DNA of 62,381 bases, the filler included, from Nitrospirae bacterium MYbin3 (GTDB lineage Bacteria > Nitrospirota > Thermodesulfovibrionia > Thermodesulfovibrionales > Dissulfurispiraceae), in the NCBI GenBank assembly GCA_002753335.1. It is 3 parts of 3 records of this genome, joined end to end, with 100 filler letters (N's around TTAATTAATTAA, not from the genome) between each part and the next. Parts side by side here need not be neighbours in the genome. Positions count along the whole stretch, not along the records: positions 1 to 24,225 come from PEAD01000035.1; 2 more parts are not named here. One strand, 5' to 3'. Made by a program: the position numbers and the translations under genes. The notes under the pieces are model-generated. The model saw only the letters and a program-made list of their open reading frames with translations, was not told the DNA's origin and made no database searches. This document shows, piece after piece, positions 8,573 to 17,232 of this stretch. Numbering within the stretch: position 1 is the first letter of the stretch; the number at the start of each line of letters is the position of its first letter.

Positions 8573-9883
8573 CTATGATGCAATTTTCCGTGACCATTCG
8601 TCAGCTTTTTTAAAGATATAATCTTCGTCTTTCCCTGTAAAGCTTCTATCTTTAAGCAAAATTTTGCCATCAATTATTACAGTTTCGATATCCGATGCGC
8701 TCAAGGAATAAACCATGTGAGAAAAAACATTGTACAATGGCGTCAAATGAGGCTTTTTAAGGCTTACAGCTATTAAATCTGCACATTTGCCCTTTTCTAT
8801 GCTCCCTATTTTGTCATCCAGCCCGAGTGCCTTTGCTCCTTCGATAGTTGCAATTCTGAGCGCAGTTGCCGCATTAATCACCGTTGGGTCTTTGCTTATA
8901 GCTTTGTAAACCTTGGCTGAAGTGGACATTTCACTGATAAGGTTCATGTCATTATTGCTCGCTGCGCCGTCAGTTCCAAAAGAAACATTAACACCTGCTT
9001 TTAACATCTGCGGGATTGGAGCTATTCCTGAAGCAAGTTTCAGATTGCTCTCGATGCAGTGCGACACTCCGACACCTTTCCTTGCCAGAATATCAATTTC
9101 TTGAGCATCAACCCATACGCAGTGAGCGGCAACGGAATGTCCGTCAAAAAAACCGGTGTCATCAAGATGGGCAACAGGCCTTTTGCCATACCTCGATACA
9201 ATTTCGGCAACCTCCCACTCGGTTTCTGATGAATGTATCTGACGAGAAACACTGCATTTATCAGAAAGCTTACATATTTTTTTTAGCGTTTCAGGACTGC
9301 ATGTATAAGCCGAATGTGCTGCAATACCCGGCATAATCAATCCGTCATTCTCCCATTCTGAAATAAACATCTCGGCTTGTTTGAGATAGTCGTCGGCGTT
9401 GCTCCCCGATACGGTTGGAAAGTCAACAACGCCAGAGCATATCACAGCACGCATCCCCATCTCCTTTGCTTTTTGTGCGGTGTTTCCGGCGAAAAAATAC
9501 ATATCAGAAAAAGTCGTAGTTCCTGATTTCAGCATCTCAAGACATGCAAGCTCTACTGCATCCGATACAAATTCAGGGCTAAGACATCGTGCCTCAGCAG
9601 GCCAGATATGCTTCTCGAGCCAATCCTTAAGTGGCAAATCATCCGCAAGACCCCGAAAATAGACCATAGCAGCATGAGTATGTGTGTTGACAAGGCCGGG
9701 AAGTATCACCCTGCCCTCGCCTTTGATAATTTCGGAAGATTCGTATTTTTTTAGTATTTCCTCTGAAGTATCTACATCAACTATCTTCTTATTTAACACC
9801 GCGACAGCGCCGTTTTTCACTACCTCCATAGCGCTGTTCATCGTCAGAACATAGTCCCCGCAGATTATGAAATCAGCTCTCAA
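8573..9883 (-). CDS. mtaD: amidohydrolase, 5'-methylthioadenosine/S-adenosylhomocysteine (or 5'-deoxyadenosine) deaminase
   Basis: PGLVNTHTH, HSSET, HCVW, SNLKLASG, GTDGAASNN; next to apt and mtnP. Confidence 0.8.
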   Translation of the reverse strand: MRADFIICGDYVLTMNSAMEVVKNGAVAVLNKKIVDVDTSEEILKKYESSEIIKGEGRVILPGLVNTHTHAAMVYFRGLADDLPLKDWLEKHIWPAEARCLSPEFVSDAVELACLEMLKSGTTTFSDMYFFAGNTAQKAKEMGMRAVICSGVVDFPTVSGSNADDYLKQAEMFISEWENDGLIMPGIAAHSAYTCSPETLKKICKLSDKCSVSRQIHSSETEWEVAEIVSRYGKRPVAHLDDTGFFDGHSVAAHCVWVDAQEIDILARKGVGVSHCIESNLKLASGIAPIPQMLKAGVNVSFGTDGAASNNDMNLISEMSTSAKVYKAISKDPTVINAATALRIATIEGAKALGLDDKIGSIEKGKCADLIAVSLKKPHLTPLYNVFSHMVYSLSASDIETVIIDGKILLKDRSFTGKDEDYIFKKADEWSRKIAS

Positions 9884-9889
9884 TACGCC

Positions 9890-10423
9890 CTAATCCCCTT
9901 CAAACTCAGTCTGGGCGTAAAATTTGTAGCCTTTCTGTTTCAGCTTTTTTGCGCCGCCAACATCCGGCAGGTCAACGATAAAGCACATCTCTGCAACGGT
10001 TCCGCCTAACTTTTCTATGAGGGCTGCTGCTGCTAAAGCGGTGCCGCCAGTGGCAAGCAGGTCGTCAACCAGCAAAACCTTATCGCCTTTGTGGATAGCG
10101 TCTTTGTGTATTTCGATTATGTCGGTGCCGTATTCAAGCTCGTACTCATGGCTTATCTTTTCGCCGGGAAGCTTGCCCTTTTTTCTTATAGGCACAAAGC
10201 CTCTGCCGAGCGTGTAAGAAAGCGCTCCGCCTATGATAAATCCGCGTGATTCGATTCCTACGATAACATTGAAGTCGTGGTCGCCCTTGATGTAGCGCTG
10301 GGTAAAGTTGTCGATCATAAGCCTGAAACCTACAGGGTCTTTAATCAGCGTTGTGATGTCCCTGAACATTATTCCTTTCTTTGGATAATCAGGAATCGTC
10401 CTTATTTTTGATTTAATCGGCAT
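9890..10423 (-). CDS. apt: adenine phosphoribosyltransferase
   Basis: PDYPKKGIMFRDIT, YELEYG, VLLVDDLLATGGT. Confidence 0.96.
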   Translation of the reverse strand: MPIKSKIRTIPDYPKKGIMFRDITTLIKDPVGFRLMIDNFTQRYIKGDHDFNVIVGIESRGFIIGGALSYTLGRGFVPIRKKGKLPGEKISHEYELEYGTDIIEIHKDAIHKGDKVLLVDDLLATGGTALAAAALIEKLGGTVAEMCFIVDLPDVGGAKKLKQKGYKFYAQTEFEGD

Positions 10424-10432
10424 GTTCCCCTC

Positions 10433-11206
10433 CTATGATGTTTTGCAGTTATGGCAATCTGCATTTTTTATTTTAGATAATGTCTTGACTATCAGCTTTT
10501 TCACGTTGTCAGCATTATGTGTCATAATCTTTACAATCATCTCCCACGTAACTGGCTCCTCGCCCTCTTTCCAGCAGTCGTAATCGGTTGACATGGCGAT
10601 AGACTGATAACAGATGCCGGCCTCTCTCGCCAGCGGCGCTTCAGGCACTGTGGACATGTTAATCACATCTGCCCCCAAAAGCCTGAACATATGCGATTCA
10701 GACTTTGTCGAAAAACGCGGGCCTTCGATTGTTACCACCGTTCCTGTTTTGTGGTGCCTCAGCTTCATCTCTTTTGCTGACTTCACAAGCAGACTTCTTA
10801 AATCAGTGCAGAACGGCTCTGCCATTGGAGTGTGAACGACTTTTTTCTCATGGAAAGTCAGCGGTCTGTGTTTTGTGAAATCTATGAACTGATCCACAAA
10901 AACCAGATCTCCCGGCTTTATCTGTTCCCTCAAAGAGCCGACAGCGGTGGTTGCGAGAATGTGAGTGCAGCCCTCTTTTTGCAGGGCGCTGATGTTCGCT
11001 CTGAAATTAACACCAGTCGGGAAAATGGTGTGCCCCTTGCCATGTCGGGCAAGAACAACCACATCAACGCCTTCTATCTTGCCGATAGTGAGCGGCGATG
11101 AAGGCGCGCCATAAGATGTTTTTACGGTTTTGGTCTTTGGGTTGTTCATAAAGCGCGGATCGTCCAACCCTGAGCCGCCGATGATACCGATTTTTATTTT
11201 TGACAT
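10433..11206 (-). CDS. mtnP: S-methyl-5'-thioadenosine phosphorylase
   Basis: IGIIGGSG, LARHG, EGPRFSTKSES, TDYDCW; start moved to ATG 11206 with SD AAAGGAG. Confidence 0.92.
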   Translation of the reverse strand: MSKIKIGIIGGSGLDDPRFMNNPKTKTVKTSYGAPSSPLTIGKIEGVDVVVLARHGKGHTIFPTGVNFRANISALQKEGCTHILATTAVGSLREQIKPGDLVFVDQFIDFTKHRPLTFHEKKVVHTPMAEPFCTDLRSLLVKSAKEMKLRHHKTGTVVTIEGPRFSTKSESHMFRLLGADVINMSTVPEAPLAREAGICYQSIAMSTDYDCWKEGEEPVTWEMIVKIMTHNADNVKKLIVKTLSKIKNADCHNCKTS

Positions 11207-11265
11207 AATTACTCCTTTCCTGTTTTGTTTCACCAATATAAAGTACAGGTTTGAGGGCTGTCAAG

Positions 11266-12126
11266 CTACATAAGCAGCGATAAGGCAGTAAACACCAGTA
11301 CCGTAATGCTTATGTATCCGTTCATGTTGAAGAAGGCCATATTGAGTTTGCTAAGGTCGTCGGGCTTTACGAGCGAATGTTCGTAAACAACGAGACCAAT
11401 CACAACTAAAATCCCAAGCCAATATAAAAAATTCAGGTTGAATATTATGCCTGTAAGAACAAACAATATGAGAGTAATGCCGTGAAAGATCCTTGCAAAA
11501 GAAAGAGATTTTTTAATTCCAAATTGCTGAGGAATGGAATGAAGACCGTGCCTCTTATCGAATTCAACATCCTGGAGCGCGTAAAGAACATCGAATCCTG
11601 CCAGCCAAAAAACCACAGCAAGCGCGAGCGGCAGTATTTCAAAATCAAAACTTCCTCTTACCGCAATCCAAGCGCCAAGAGGAGCCGCTGATATAGAAAT
11701 CCCAAGAACAAAGTGCGACAACCATGTAAACCTTTTAGTGTATGAATACAAAAAAAGCACTGATATTGCAACCGGCGAAAGCATTAGGCATAACTCATTA
11801 AGACTGTATGCGGCATATACCATCAATGCAAATGAAACAAATGTAAAAATCGCGGCATCCCTTACGCTTATCTTACCTGCAGGTATTTCTCTGTTTTTAG
11901 TTCTAGGATTATTAGCGTCAATCCGTCTGTCTATAATCCTGTTAAGCCCCATAGCCCCAGAACGCGCTCCTACCATAGCAACCGCAATCCAGAAAACAGT
12001 ATTCCAAGCAGGCAATCCATTTGCTGCCAGCAGCGCACCTGTAAACGCAAACGGCAAAGCAAATACCGAGTGTGAAAACTTAATCATTCCGAGATAAAGA
12101 GAGAACTTATTAAAAAGAGACTGCAT
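11266..12126 (-). CDS. mqnP: UbiA-family prenyltransferase (MqnP-like, futalosine pathway)
   Basis: IKFSHSVFALPF, NRIIDRRIDANNPRT, YSYTKR, YALQDVEFD, AFFNMNG; mqnD also present in the window. Confidence 0.8.
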   Translation of the reverse strand: MQSLFNKFSLYLGMIKFSHSVFALPFAFTGALLAANGLPAWNTVFWIAVAMVGARSGAMGLNRIIDRRIDANNPRTKNREIPAGKISVRDAAIFTFVSFALMVYAAYSLNELCLMLSPVAISVLFLYSYTKRFTWLSHFVLGISISAAPLGAWIAVRGSFDFEILPLALAVVFWLAGFDVLYALQDVEFDKRHGLHSIPQQFGIKKSLSFARIFHGITLILFVLTGIIFNLNFLYWLGILVVIGLVVYEHSLVKPDDLSKLNMAFFNMNGYISITVLVFTALSLLM

Positions 12127-12137
12127 GATGGTTGTTT

Positions 12138-13532
12138 TTATTTTCTTAAACTGAAGCGTCCTTTCAGCTTATCAGCATCAGGGCTTATACTCGGACTCTG
12201 TTTTACATTCAGAGCTTTTGCTTCGTTTTCTACTAAAGGTTTTATCTGCTCATAAATCTCTGCTATGGTCTTTTTGCCATCCTTTAGAGCTTTCAGAAAA
12301 TAGTATGTAAAGATGCCATGCCCTTTATCCGGCGCAGACGTGCTTATCTGGGTTCCCTGAGTTGCGGACAATACAGCCATATTACGTGGCATATCCTTGA
12401 TATCAGACAACATAACAAGAGGCCGGGCTCCTTTTGCAAAAACGCTTCTGCCGCCCAACCCAGAAAAGCAGGAATCAATCAAAACAATTATTTCCTGAGA
12501 CTCTAACATGCCCAGTCTTTCATACAGCCTTTTTAACGAATACCCTGTGGTCTCAAGATAGTTGGGATCTCCGTCATATGGCACTATATAAGCTCCGCCT
12601 TTATTTGGCTCCGGTGCGCCGTGGCCCGAAAAATAAACAATCACACGGCTGTCATTCTTGATTTTATTCGGAAGCCAGGCCTCTATTGATTTTTCGATAC
12701 CTGACTTTGTTGCATCCTGATCCGTAATTAATGCAATGTTCTTTTCCTGAAATCCAAGTGCCTTAAGATAGTCTTTAATTATCAGAGCATCATTTTTTGA
12801 ATAGTCCGAACTAGGAAGCCCCTTGTAGGCTTCTATCCCGATTATCACAGCAAGGTCATTGGGTCTGGGCTCAGACTTGAAATCAGGAATTTTATGTATA
12901 TCTATTTCGAATCCAGATGTGTTTTTTGATTGGGGCGTATATGCAGACATATCCCTTACTCTCGCTTTTAAAAACTCCGCCAACTTCATAGATGAACGAA
13001 GCCTGACGCCCAAATTGTCCAAGGCTTCCAATATTAGTTTTTCGGGATTATATCCGGGACGTTCAAGAGCGCCAATACCTAAACCTTTTATCGTATCGAT
13101 TTGTTTATGGTCTAAAGAAAGAATTATCAAAGCAGCATCAATTTGAGCATGAACTTTTTCGGGCATAAGTTCAGTGACATTGTGGATATCAACATTGACA
13201 TATAGATCTGCAATCACAATCATGTCTAATTGCGCCATATTGGCATCCTCTATTTTTTCGAGCCTGACAGCTTTCTTGAAATTGCGGCGGAAAAAATCGG
13301 TAAATAAGGTGTTTATCTTTTCATAATCAAACGAGCCGTATCCTCGCGCATCGTGCAAAAACTGAACTGTTCTTTTTGTGTTTTCCGAAATTACTATGCC
13401 GACTGTCATGTCTTTATAAGCAGGACGCACAATATCCAAGCCAGATAGAGGATCGAGTCGTTCCGGTACGGTCAGAGGGGTTTCGCAGCCCGAAAATAAA
13501 AACAAAAAACTAAACAATATTGATAACTTCAC
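12138..13532 (-). CDS. caspase-family (C14) lipoprotein 1, type B, unknown alpha/beta N-domain
   Basis: Lipobox LFSG-C; AVIIGIEAY, YFSGHG, IDSCFSG, GIFTYYFLKAL; GTG start overlaps the upstream TAG (TAGTG). Confidence 0.88.
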   Translation of the reverse strand: MKLSILFSFLFLFSGCETPLTVPERLDPLSGLDIVRPAYKDMTVGIVISENTKRTVQFLHDARGYGSFDYEKINTLFTDFFRRNFKKAVRLEKIEDANMAQLDMIVIADLYVNVDIHNVTELMPEKVHAQIDAALIILSLDHKQIDTIKGLGIGALERPGYNPEKLILEALDNLGVRLRSSMKLAEFLKARVRDMSAYTPQSKNTSGFEIDIHKIPDFKSEPRPNDLAVIIGIEAYKGLPSSDYSKNDALIIKDYLKALGFQEKNIALITDQDATKSGIEKSIEAWLPNKIKNDSRVIVYFSGHGAPEPNKGGAYIVPYDGDPNYLETTGYSLKRLYERLGMLESQEIIVLIDSCFSGLGGRSVFAKGARPLVMLSDIKDMPRNMAVLSATQGTQISTSAPDKGHGIFTYYFLKALKDGKKTIAEIYEQIKPLVENEAKALNVKQSPSISPDADKLKGRFSLRK

Positions 13533-15886
13533 TAATAGAGTTCCCCGAACTTCTTTTCGTCTATCTTTCCTTCGAGAAAGGCCTCAAGTGTTTTTGATTT
13601 CTTTGAAGACTTTATCTCGTCCATAGCCTTTGAGAGCTGTTCCGCGGTAATGTGCCCCTTCTCAAAAACAACCTTAAGCTTATTTCGGGCTATATCCACA
13701 TCCGCGACCTTCGCTCTTTCCCAGTTGCGGGTTACTGCAAAATCTCCATTGCCCGAAATATGAGGGGTCTGCTCAGCTCCCTTAAATTTTCTTGCGGCCT
13801 TAGGCACATTCTCTTTTATGTAGTCCGCAAGCTCATCCACCTTCACCCATACGTCCTTGCCTGCCTTGCCTCTAAGTCCTTCAAGAAAATAGTGGCTGAA
13901 TATCCCTGACTTCAGTTCTGTTTCATCCTCCCAAGACTGCTGATTCGCTGCAGAAGAGGTGAACATCACCTTTCCTGTTCCTGTGGATTTAAAAAGGTCA
14001 GAGGATGCCATCATGCCCACCAAGGGTTTGCCGCCTTTGGGCACTATTGACTTGCCGCCGCCTGTAAAACAGGCATCGAGCGCCACCAATAGCCCTTTAG
14101 CCTGAGACCCGCTCATCAAATCCCGCAAATACGATATTTTTATGCTTGTATCTTCCATTGTTTCTGCGTCTACAATTGCCGCATCATAAGGCACAAGAAA
14201 GCCGTCAAGGATTTTATCGTCCTTTGTCTTAGGTGCGCCGTGCCCTGAAAAATAGACATAGACATAGCCGTCCCAATTCTTGATTTTTCGCAACGCAGAT
14301 ATCATCTCGCTTCTTGTGGCTTTTTCATTGAGAAGCAGTATTGAGTTTTCTTTTGGAACACCGCCATATTGAGGATTGATCAGAACATCATAAACTCTTT
14401 TTGCATCTTGAGAAGCATACTGAAGGTTGGGAATATCCTGCCTGCCCTTGTAGTCTATTCCTACCACTATCGCATAAGTGTCAGAACGCAAAGGCGGTAG
14501 TTCCCCAGAAGCTGCGGGTTCGGTAACGGAAAAAACTTCATAAGTTTGTTTGAATGCTGTTTCGGATTTGCCTTTTTTCTTTGCAATGATTGGAGCTATA
14601 AGCGGATTCTCTTCCATCAATACATCTGCTGATGCAACGGAAAGAGATATATCCTTTTCTATGCCTTCCCTCAATACTCTTATTTTTGCTCTTGTCCCCG
14701 GCATTAATGTAGCTGCTTTATTAAGAAAATCTTTTATGTCTGATACATGAGCGCCATCTAATTTAAGAATTATATCGCCAACCAATATGCCCGCTCTTGC
14801 AGCAGGTCCGCCTTCCACAATTTTTACCGCTTCCACACCTCTTATCATACCTTTGCTGTAGTCTTTTACATGTATTCCAACCATCCCTTTTCCGCCCCTG
14901 TATTCCCAAGCCTTTTCTTTGTCTCCAAGCAGATAATATATGAGTGATAGATTATAGGCTGGATTGTAATCGGCATTCGTTTCTTTTATTTTTATTATTA
15001 TACTTACGGCAGTTTCACCGTCCCCGAGTCCGAGATAAGCAAAGGCCTTGCCGATAAGTGCATCGTTTAGTAAAATTTTATTGTTCGGTTCAATATGTTC
15101 CAATGCGTTATTAAAATCACTGATAGCTTCGTTAAAACTGCCTTTATAATATTGGGACCAACCCCTCCCGGCTAAAACATTTCCATTTCGAGGATTGACC
15201 TCCAGAGCCCTATTAAAGGCTCTTATTGCCTCGTCATAATTGCTCTTTTTATAGTAAGACCATCCTTCCTGCACAGGCTTTAATTCGACTAACATTTTAA
15301 CAGCCTGATTTGCCTTGTCATGCGTTTTTCTATTCAGAGGTTCGCTTAAACCTACCGACAACTGCTTTGACGCAAGATCTTTAAGTGTGGTTATTGCAGT
15401 ATTTAAATCAGCGCCTTTATCAAGTAAAATTTCAGCGGTTCTAATATGACCGTGAAACGCCGCGTGGCCTAATGCGTTGCCATATCCGGATTTTGCGTTG
15501 GGATTATGTCCTTTTTCTAGAAGTCCGCTTACTATATTGTTGCATCCTGCGCCAGCAGCATAATCCAATAATTGAGGACAATTACCGCCTTTATTTAATG
15601 TATCGTAAGCATTGTCCAGCATTACCTTATATAATTCATCGTTGCATGTACGGTATTTAATATCGAGTGGGAATATAGTTAAATCGTAAGTAGCGGCGAG
15701 TCCGAAAGCAGGCAGTCCATAATCCTGCATTTCGCATGCATTAGAGCCCTTAGCCAGAAGCTCTTTGACGGTATTAAGGTCTCCTCCTTCAACTGCCGAT
15801 CCTAATGGGGTCTTGGCTAGAGTTACACACCCGTTAAGAACAATAAGCACAGCAAATATTAAACCGCACGCCGATATTTTTTTCAT
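13532..15886 (-). CDS. caspase-family lipoprotein 2, type A: ankyrin + TPR + PDZ + C14 + SHOCT-like tail
   Basis: Lipobox VLNG-C; ankyrin ALGHAAFHGHIRTAEILLDKGAD; TPR YDEAIRAFNRALEVNP; PDZ GPAARAGILVGDIILKLDG; YFSGHG / LDACFTG. Confidence 0.9.
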   Translation of the reverse strand: MKKISACGLIFAVLIVLNGCVTLAKTPLGSAVEGGDLNTVKELLAKGSNACEMQDYGLPAFGLAATYDLTIFPLDIKYRTCNDELYKVMLDNAYDTLNKGGNCPQLLDYAAGAGCNNIVSGLLEKGHNPNAKSGYGNALGHAAFHGHIRTAEILLDKGADLNTAITTLKDLASKQLSVGLSEPLNRKTHDKANQAVKMLVELKPVQEGWSYYKKSNYDEAIRAFNRALEVNPRNGNVLAGRGWSQYYKGSFNEAISDFNNALEHIEPNNKILLNDALIGKAFAYLGLGDGETAVSIIIKIKETNADYNPAYNLSLIYYLLGDKEKAWEYRGGKGMVGIHVKDYSKGMIRGVEAVKIVEGGPAARAGILVGDIILKLDGAHVSDIKDFLNKAATLMPGTRAKIRVLREGIEKDISLSVASADVLMEENPLIAPIIAKKKGKSETAFKQTYEVFSVTEPAASGELPPLRSDTYAIVVGIDYKGRQDIPNLQYASQDAKRVYDVLINPQYGGVPKENSILLLNEKATRSEMISALRKIKNWDGYVYVYFSGHGAPKTKDDKILDGFLVPYDAAIVDAETMEDTSIKISYLRDLMSGSQAKGLLVALDACFTGGGKSIVPKGGKPLVGMMASSDLFKSTGTGKVMFTSSAANQQSWEDETELKSGIFSHYFLEGLRGKAGKDVWVKVDELADYIKENVPKAARKFKGAEQTPHISGNGDFAVTRNWERAKVADVDIARNKLKVVFEKGHITAEQLSKAMDEIKSSKKSKTLEAFLEGKIDEKKFGELY

Positions 15887-15914
15887 TGCCGCCTGCCGAA
15901 AACCTTAAAAAACA

Positions 15915-17219
15915 TCATTGCACCAACACTATCTGTTTTTTGTTTTCAGATCCTATTATTTGCGGAGACTGCTCATTGTTGTATGTCTTTCTGGCAATGC
16001 GCTCAACTTGCGGCCTGATGTAGTTGAAAAGCTCTCCTATTTCTATTTTTCCATCGCCATTTGCATCCCCTTCTCCCCTCAGCCCTCTTAGCATAAAATA
16101 CGTGAACAATCCATGTCCTTTTTCGTCATAAGTTGAACTTGTCTGGTCTCCGGAGGCAGCGGAAAGCACAGTAATCTTTTGCGGTATCTGCAAACTCTCC
16201 ATAGACATGACCAGCGGTCTTGCGCCTTTTGCTATAACAGACCTTCCGCCAGCCCCTGAAAAACAGGAATCAAGTGCCACGATAATTTCTTTTGCCTGAA
16301 TTTTCCCGAGCGATTCATAGAGCCTTTTTAAAGAATACCCGGTTTGCTCTATAAATGCAGGGTCGCCGTCGTAGGGCACAAGATAAGCATCACCTGTCTT
16401 TGGATTGGGCGCTCCGTGGCCTGAATAGTAGATAAAAACAGTGCTGTCTTTTTCGGCATTGTTATGCAGCCACTTTTCAAAATACTTTGCGAAATCTACA
16501 TTTGTAGCATGCTCATTTAAAAGCGTTACAATATTTTCTTCAGGATAGCCCATCGCTTTTGTAAGATACTCGGTCATCAGCTTTGCATCTTGAACCGCAA
16601 AATCCACTTTCGGCAGTTTCTGTCGGTAGTTTTCAACACCTATTACAATGGCATAAGAGTTTTTGTTGGGCTTTGCAACTGCAGCAGGAAGCTTGTCAAC
16701 GTCCGATTTGACAATGAGAGATACCTCTTGTGTTGTTTTAGAAACTGGTAGTATAGGCTGACCGGCAATGTCCTGCTTTTTAGCGAACTTCTCAATAAGT
16801 TTAATGGCTGGATTGGCGGAAGCTCTGTCATGCCTGCTTAAACCAACTATTGCAGCATCTATATCTGCACCCTTGTCAATGAGGAGTTTTGCTATATTGG
16901 CATGGCCTAACATAGCGGCAAACTCCAGCGGGGTATATCCGCTTCCATCCCTCGCATTCAGATCAGCGCCCTTTTCAATGAGCAAGGCTACAACATTGGC
17001 ATGGCCGCGACCTGCAGCATAGTTCAAAGGCATTAGTCCACCAACCCCCACTCTAACATTCACATCAGCGCCTTGTTCGATAAGAGTTTTAACGGTATCA
17101 ATGTCACCCGAATAAGCCGCATTAAAAAAAGGATTCGTACTCGCACACCCTGTCATCGCCATGCTTGCAAACAGCACGAAGATTACGCTGGTTAAAGAAA
17201 TAAAATTATGCCTTTTCAT
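15915..17219 (-). CDS. caspase-family lipoprotein 3, type B: ankyrin repeats + C14
   Basis: Start reassigned to MKRHNF (17219); lipobox MTG-C; three ankyrin repeats (GYTPLEFAAMLGHANIAKLLIDKGAD); YYSGHG / LDSCFSG; DANGDGKI loop. Confidence 0.9.
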   Translation of the reverse strand: MKRHNFISLTSVIFVLFASMAMTGCASTNPFFNAAYSGDIDTVKTLIEQGADVNVRVGVGGLMPLNYAAGRGHANVVALLIEKGADLNARDGSGYTPLEFAAMLGHANIAKLLIDKGADIDAAIVGLSRHDRASANPAIKLIEKFAKKQDIAGQPILPVSKTTQEVSLIVKSDVDKLPAAVAKPNKNSYAIVIGVENYRQKLPKVDFAVQDAKLMTEYLTKAMGYPEENIVTLLNEHATNVDFAKYFEKWLHNNAEKDSTVFIYYSGHGAPNPKTGDAYLVPYDGDPAFIEQTGYSLKRLYESLGKIQAKEIIVALDSCFSGAGGRSVIAKGARPLVMSMESLQIPQKITVLSAASGDQTSSTYDEKGHGLFTYFMLRGLRGEGDANGDGKIEIGELFNYIRPQVERIARKTYNNEQSPQIIGSENKKQIVLVQ

Positions 17220-17232
17220 ACTGGTTTCTCTC

